Made by a program: the position numbers and the translations under genes. From assembly GCF_006345805.1 (NCBI RefSeq), contig NW_021826014.1, forward strand, positions 1 to 13,831: a stretch of 13,831 bases of DNA. The letters run 5' to 3'. This document shows positions 9,152-13,831 of this stretch, piece by piece. This DNA comes from Octopus sinensis. Lineage: Eukaryota. How positions within the stretch are numbered: position 1 is the first letter of the stretch; each line of letters opens with the position of its first letter. The notes beneath the pieces were generated by a model that saw only the letters and a list, made by a program, of their open reading frames with translations, had not been told where the DNA came from and did no database searches.

Positions 9152-9576
9152 GGCGCAGGAGTGGCTATGTGGTAAGTAGCTTGCCAACCAACCACATGGT
9201 TCCGGGTTCAGTCCCACTGCGTGGCACCTTGGGCAAGTGTCTTCTGCTATAGCCTCGGGCCGACCAATGCCTTGTGAGTGGATTTGGTAGACGGAAACTG
9301 AAAGAAGCCTGTCGTATATATGTGTGTGTATATGTTTGTGTGTCTGTGTTTGTCCCCCTAGCATTGCTTGACAATCGATGCTGGTGTGTTTATGTCCCCG
9401 TCACTTAGCGGTTCGGCAAAAGAGACCGATAGAATAAGTACTGGGCTTACAAAAGAATAAGTCCCGGGGTCGAGTTGCTCGACTAAAGGCGGTGCTCCAG
9501 CATGGCCGCAGTCTATGTATAGTTCTAACATACAAATGACTGAAACAAGTAAAGAGAGAAAAAAGAGTAAAAGAGA

Positions 9577-9577
<1 letters not shown>
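9152..9577 (+). mobile_element. Full-length tRNA-derived SINE (family B)
   Basis: Head GGCGCAGGAGTGGCTATGTGG, B-box-like GGGTTCAGTCCC, CORE-like GGCACCTTGGGCAAGTGTCTT, internal (TG)n, 3' CAGTC...GACTG stem and A-rich tail. Near-identical inverted copy at 12465-12875. Confidence 0.92.
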
Positions 9578-9608
<31 letters not shown>

Positions 9609-9634
9609 ATATATATATATATATATATATGCAC

Positions 9635-9669
<35 letters not shown>

Positions 9670-9679
9670 CACACACACA
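9578..9679. repeat. (TA)n(CA)n microsatellite
   Basis: Read directly. Confidence 0.95.
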
Positions 9680-9704
9680 ACAGCAGTTGTAGCGCGGCAG
9701 TAAC

Positions 9705-9805
9705 AAGGCGGCAGATTAATGGTTAACGGAACATTGGAGCGTCAGCAAAATGGTTGACGCTATTCATGCCGGCTCTTTATTTTCTGAGTTCAAATACGAC
9801 CGACC
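9705..9805 (+). mobile_element. Highly degraded 5' head of a family A SINE
   Basis: aaggcggcag... start and TTCTGAGTTCAAAT matching the B-box region of 4036-4474. Confidence 0.45.
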
Positions 9806-9814
9806 TATATATAT

Positions 9815-9953
9815 AATTATCTGCTTTGCCTATTTACCTACCTATCTGCTTATCCACTTACCTTACCTACTTAGCTAATCTAACCACCTTTCTAGCAATC
9901 TATCGATTTATCAACCGCGCTATTCATCTATCTACCTATCTGTCTATCTATAC

Positions 9954-10004
<51 letters not shown>
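9815..10004. repeat. Degenerate (TATC/TACC)n and (TC)n microsatellite
   Basis: Read directly. Confidence 0.85.
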
Positions 10005-10005
<1 letters not shown>

Positions 10006-10578
10006 TACCACTTGAAAAGGAAAGTGAGAGTAGAGAGGCAGGTTTTGTCTAGCGAATGTTTTAAAAAAAGATGGGTGAATGTAGCAAGGATGGCACGTAT
10101 GAATGACGAAGCCACCTTGAGCATAATCCTATGAACACAGAAATTGAAAACAGAGGGTTACCCACTTGCAAACAAATGCGGTAACATATAACAATATTGA
10201 CCAAGGTTACCGTGGTCTTTTCCGTAGGCTTTTCTTCCCACGGATAAACCTTACTTGCTTTCCCCTTTACACCATATATCATAACACTGTGATACACGAT
10301 CCCTATTTATCGTTTTTTTTCCTCTTCCCCTTTTCTCCCCCTTTTTTCTTCTTTTTTCATTTCTCTTTTCTTTTGTTCCTTTTCCTTTTCTTCTTTTTTT
10401 TCTTTTTCTTTTTTTATTTTTTATTTTATTTTTTTGTTCCTTTCTTCCCTTGATCGAAAACCTACGCCACCCTTTTTTTTTGTTTCTTTTGTTTTTTGTT
10501 TTTTTCATCCCCCAAAAGAAAAGCTCTACCTTGTAACTTGTCCCATCTGTGTGCAGCCCTGTGTGGCCAATAAAGAAA
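10005..10578 (+). mobile_element. 5'-truncated LINE 3' end (probably L1/Tx1-like): ORF2 C-terminus plus 3' UTR
   Basis: YHLKRKVRVERQVLSSECFKKRWVNVARMARMNDEATLSIIL* (stop 10132-10134; FxxxW ending recalled for L1/Tx1 ORF2). Pyrimidine-rich UTR, AATAAA at 10569-10574, and (TATC)n on both sides. Confidence 0.6.
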
Positions 10579-10623
10579 CTTACCTATCTATTTGTGTCTA
10601 TCTATCTATCTATCTATTTCTAT

Positions 10624-10665
<42 letters not shown>

Positions 10666-10700
10666 GCCTATCTGCCTATCTATCTATCTCCATCCGTCCA
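10579..10700. repeat. (TATC)n microsatellite
   Basis: Read directly. Confidence 0.95.
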
Positions 10701-11297
10701 TCACATACCCACCCTCTGTCTACCCGTCTCACCATATAATTATTTTTATATTTTTACATTCCACCCCCATTAAATATATTCAAGCTGAAAGGTACATTGT
10801 ACACCCTAAACCTGCGCCGTTGCGACCGACATGGGGCAGGCGAACAACAACAACAACAACGACAATCATTTTACCTGTCATGATACCTCATACCTTTATC
10901 CGGTTAGCGCTGACCCGGGGCTAAACAACAGCAACAGCAACAATAATTTTTGCTCACTCCATACATTAGAACGGTCGTTTAGTGACCCTCTCTCTGATGG
11001 GGTCAAATCTAGTGAAGGAGATCTGGAGTAACTAAGGGGTAGCAATTACCAGAAGGGGGCTGCGCTATAAACAAAATGGCGACCCCCCACCCCAACCGAG
11101 ACCACCACCACCACCGATCAAGAAAAAGAAAGAGTTACTTTGATGTTGTTGTTGTTATTGAGGTCGTTGTCCTCTTTTTTCTCCACAAAGCTGACCCTTA
11201 AATGGGTCCCCTTTTGTGCCTGGGTGTCCACTGATGATATATGTTGCCCCGGCTATGTATCTATTACCTGACCGCCCTCCTGACCAGAATACGGCTT

Positions 11298-12180
<883 letters not shown>

Positions 12181-12389
12181 ACAAAACGAACCATTAAGGG
12201 AGCGAGAATGAGCTGGCGGTGGGGGGAGCATCCACAACCTGCTGTGTTTTTAAATTTTATTGCAAACCCTTCCTCTTCCTCCTTTTATCTTCTCATTCCT
12301 CTGTGTTAAACGATACGTACATACTACACTCACATTCTCTCTCTCTCTCTCTCCTTTAACACAGACAAAATTATACATACATAAGAATA

Positions 12390-12447
<58 letters not shown>

Positions 12448-12464
12448 TGTTTATACATTATATA

Positions 12465-12683
12465 TACTTTTACTTTACTTTACTTTACTTTTACTTGTTT
12501 CAGTCATTTGACTGCGGCCATGCTGGAGCACCGCCTTAGTCGAGCAAATCGACCCCGGGACTTATTCTTTGTAAGCCCAGTACTTATTCTATCGGTCTCT
12601 TTTTGCCGAACCGCTAAGTGACGGGGACGTAAACACACCAGCATCGGTTGTCAAGCAATGCTAGGGGAACAAACAGACACACA

Positions 12684-12718
<35 letters not shown>

Positions 12719-12875
12719 AATATATATACGACAGGCTTCTTTCAGTTTCCGTCTACCAAATCCACTCACAAGGCTTTGGTCGGCCCGGGGCTATAGCAGA
12801 AGACACTTGCCCAAGATGCCACGCAGTGGGACTGAACCCGGAAACATGTGGCTGGTTAGCAAGCTACTTACCACA
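12465..12875 (-). mobile_element. SINE (family B), slightly 5'-truncated
   Basis: Reverse complement of ~9168-9560, with a (GTAAA)n tail at 12465-12495. Confidence 0.92.
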
Positions 12876-12884
12876 CCTTGTTTA

Positions 12885-12895
12885 TAAATTATATA

Positions 12896-12939
<44 letters not shown>

Positions 12940-13004
12940 TATATATATCTATATATATATATATATATTATATATATATAATGTATGTATTATATATATA
13001 TATA

Positions 13005-13052
<48 letters not shown>
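12885..13052. repeat. Interrupted (TA)n microsatellite
   Basis: Read directly. Confidence 0.95.
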
Positions 13053-13056
<4 letters not shown>

Positions 13057-13198
13057 CAAAAATAAAGATTCAAGTCAATTTTAATGAATTTACTTGAATA
13101 TTGTACCTAACTAGATGCACCAAAAAACTATACGGTTTTAACCATACAGTAATGTGGGGTGATTATAAGCGAGAAAGAAGCAACAAGAATGGATAAGT

Positions 13199-13288
13199 TT
13201 TTAGTACAATCGTTTCATACAAGACAGGCTTTAAAAAAAGTTGCAAAAATTGCAGCATATAAACGTGTCCCGTACTCATCAGCTAAAA
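13199..13288 (-). ncRNA. Type I hammerhead ribozyme motif (minus strand)
   Basis: Reverse complement: ttttag-CTGATGA-gtacgggaca...tgtcttgtat-GAAA-cgattg-TA-ctaaaa. 6-bp stem I and 10-bp stem II including G.U pairs. Confidence 0.82.
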
Positions 13289-13360
13289 TGTTACTTAATT
13301 ATCTACATTACTTCATGAGTATAGCCTCAACCACTAAGATGTCTAGAGAACTCACATGTA

Positions 13361-13451
13361 TTTTAGCTGATGAGTACGGGACACGTTTATATGCTGCAAT
13401 TTTTGCAACTTTTAATAAAGCCTGTCTTTGTATGAAACGATTGTACTAAAA
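13361..13451 (+). ncRNA. Type I hammerhead ribozyme motif (plus strand)
   Basis: ttttag(13361)-CTGATGA(13367)-gtacgggaca...tgtctttgtat-GAAA(13434)-cgattg-TA(13444-13445)-ctaaaa; predicted cut at 13445/13446. Confidence 0.82.
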
Positions 13452-13482
13452 ACTTATCCATTCTTGTTGCTTCTTTCTCGCG

Positions 13483-13556
13483 TATATATATATATATATA
13501 TATATATGCACATACATGCATACATGCATACATACATACATACATACATACATACA

Positions 13557-13590
<34 letters not shown>
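13483..13590. repeat. (TA)n(CATA)n microsatellite
   Basis: Read directly. Confidence 0.95.
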
Positions 13591-13831
13591 CCCTGTTGTT
13601 GATGTTGAAATTCCAATGAAGGAGCCTTGGGTTTAGGCTAGAAACCAGCTCTTTATTGGCAAGAAATCTTGAAATAAAACAGAATAATGACACATATGTA
13701 TACACATACATACATTAATACATACGTGTGCGTATATATATATATGTGTGTATGCGTGTGTGTGAGTTTGTATGTGTTCGTCTGTATGTTTGTGTAGGTA
13801 GATATGTATCTACTATATGGCTGAGAAACCT

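Larger units (their letters stand above)
13169..13481. mobile_element. Inverted repeat (arms 13169-13289 / 13360-13481) of PLE-like terminal sequence, each arm holding a hammerhead
   Basis: gcgagaaagaagcaacaagaatgg... / ...ccattcttgttgcttctttctcgc. ~121-bp arms, 70-bp spacer, with (TA)n immediately after the right arm. Confidence 0.8.

Noticed and set aside
9152-9230. tRNA gene
   Set aside because: tRNA-like head continues into a SINE body present three times in the window; no clear cloverleaf
11066-11082. TATAAA adjacent to a YY1-like CAAAATGGCG motif as a promoter
   Set aside because: Short motifs with atypical spacing and no downstream exon or other support
13159-13581. ORFs sharing EKEATRMDKFLVQSFHT
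   Set aside because: Artefact of the inverted repeat; no recognisable protein family

Overview
Eukaryotic, gene-free, repeat-dense DNA. The SINE families, (TA)n/(CA)n/(TATC)n tracts and TTAGGG telomere motif suggest a coleoid cephalopod such as Octopus (inference from recall, not checked). No intact protein-coding gene is supported, and nearly all listed ORFs are microsatellite read-throughs. Contents in order: (GAT)n and (TG)n microsatellites; a ~2.85-kb array of a 58-bp satellite; a tRNA-derived SINE with a duplicated core; the 3' end of a Hero-like RLE non-LTR retrotransposon (minus strand, absent from the ORF track); a 140-bp minisatellite; a decayed Tx1/L1 ORF2 fragment; AT-rich Penelope-like (PLE) pieces; three copies of a second SINE; a probable LINE 3' end in (TATC)n; and compound trinucleotide repeats. 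Two things stand out. (1) A 450-bp non-coding element (4766-5215) with 29-bp TIRs and an internal (CCCTAA)n tract interrupts the Hero-like fragment and is flanked by a perfect 41-bp target-site duplication, far longer than canonical DDE transposases make. (2) Five minimal hammerhead-ribozyme motifs from four apparently unrelated sequence families lie within ~5.2 kb. Two form an inverted pair, and one predicts a cleavage site that matches exactly the 5' end of a neighbouring insertion.
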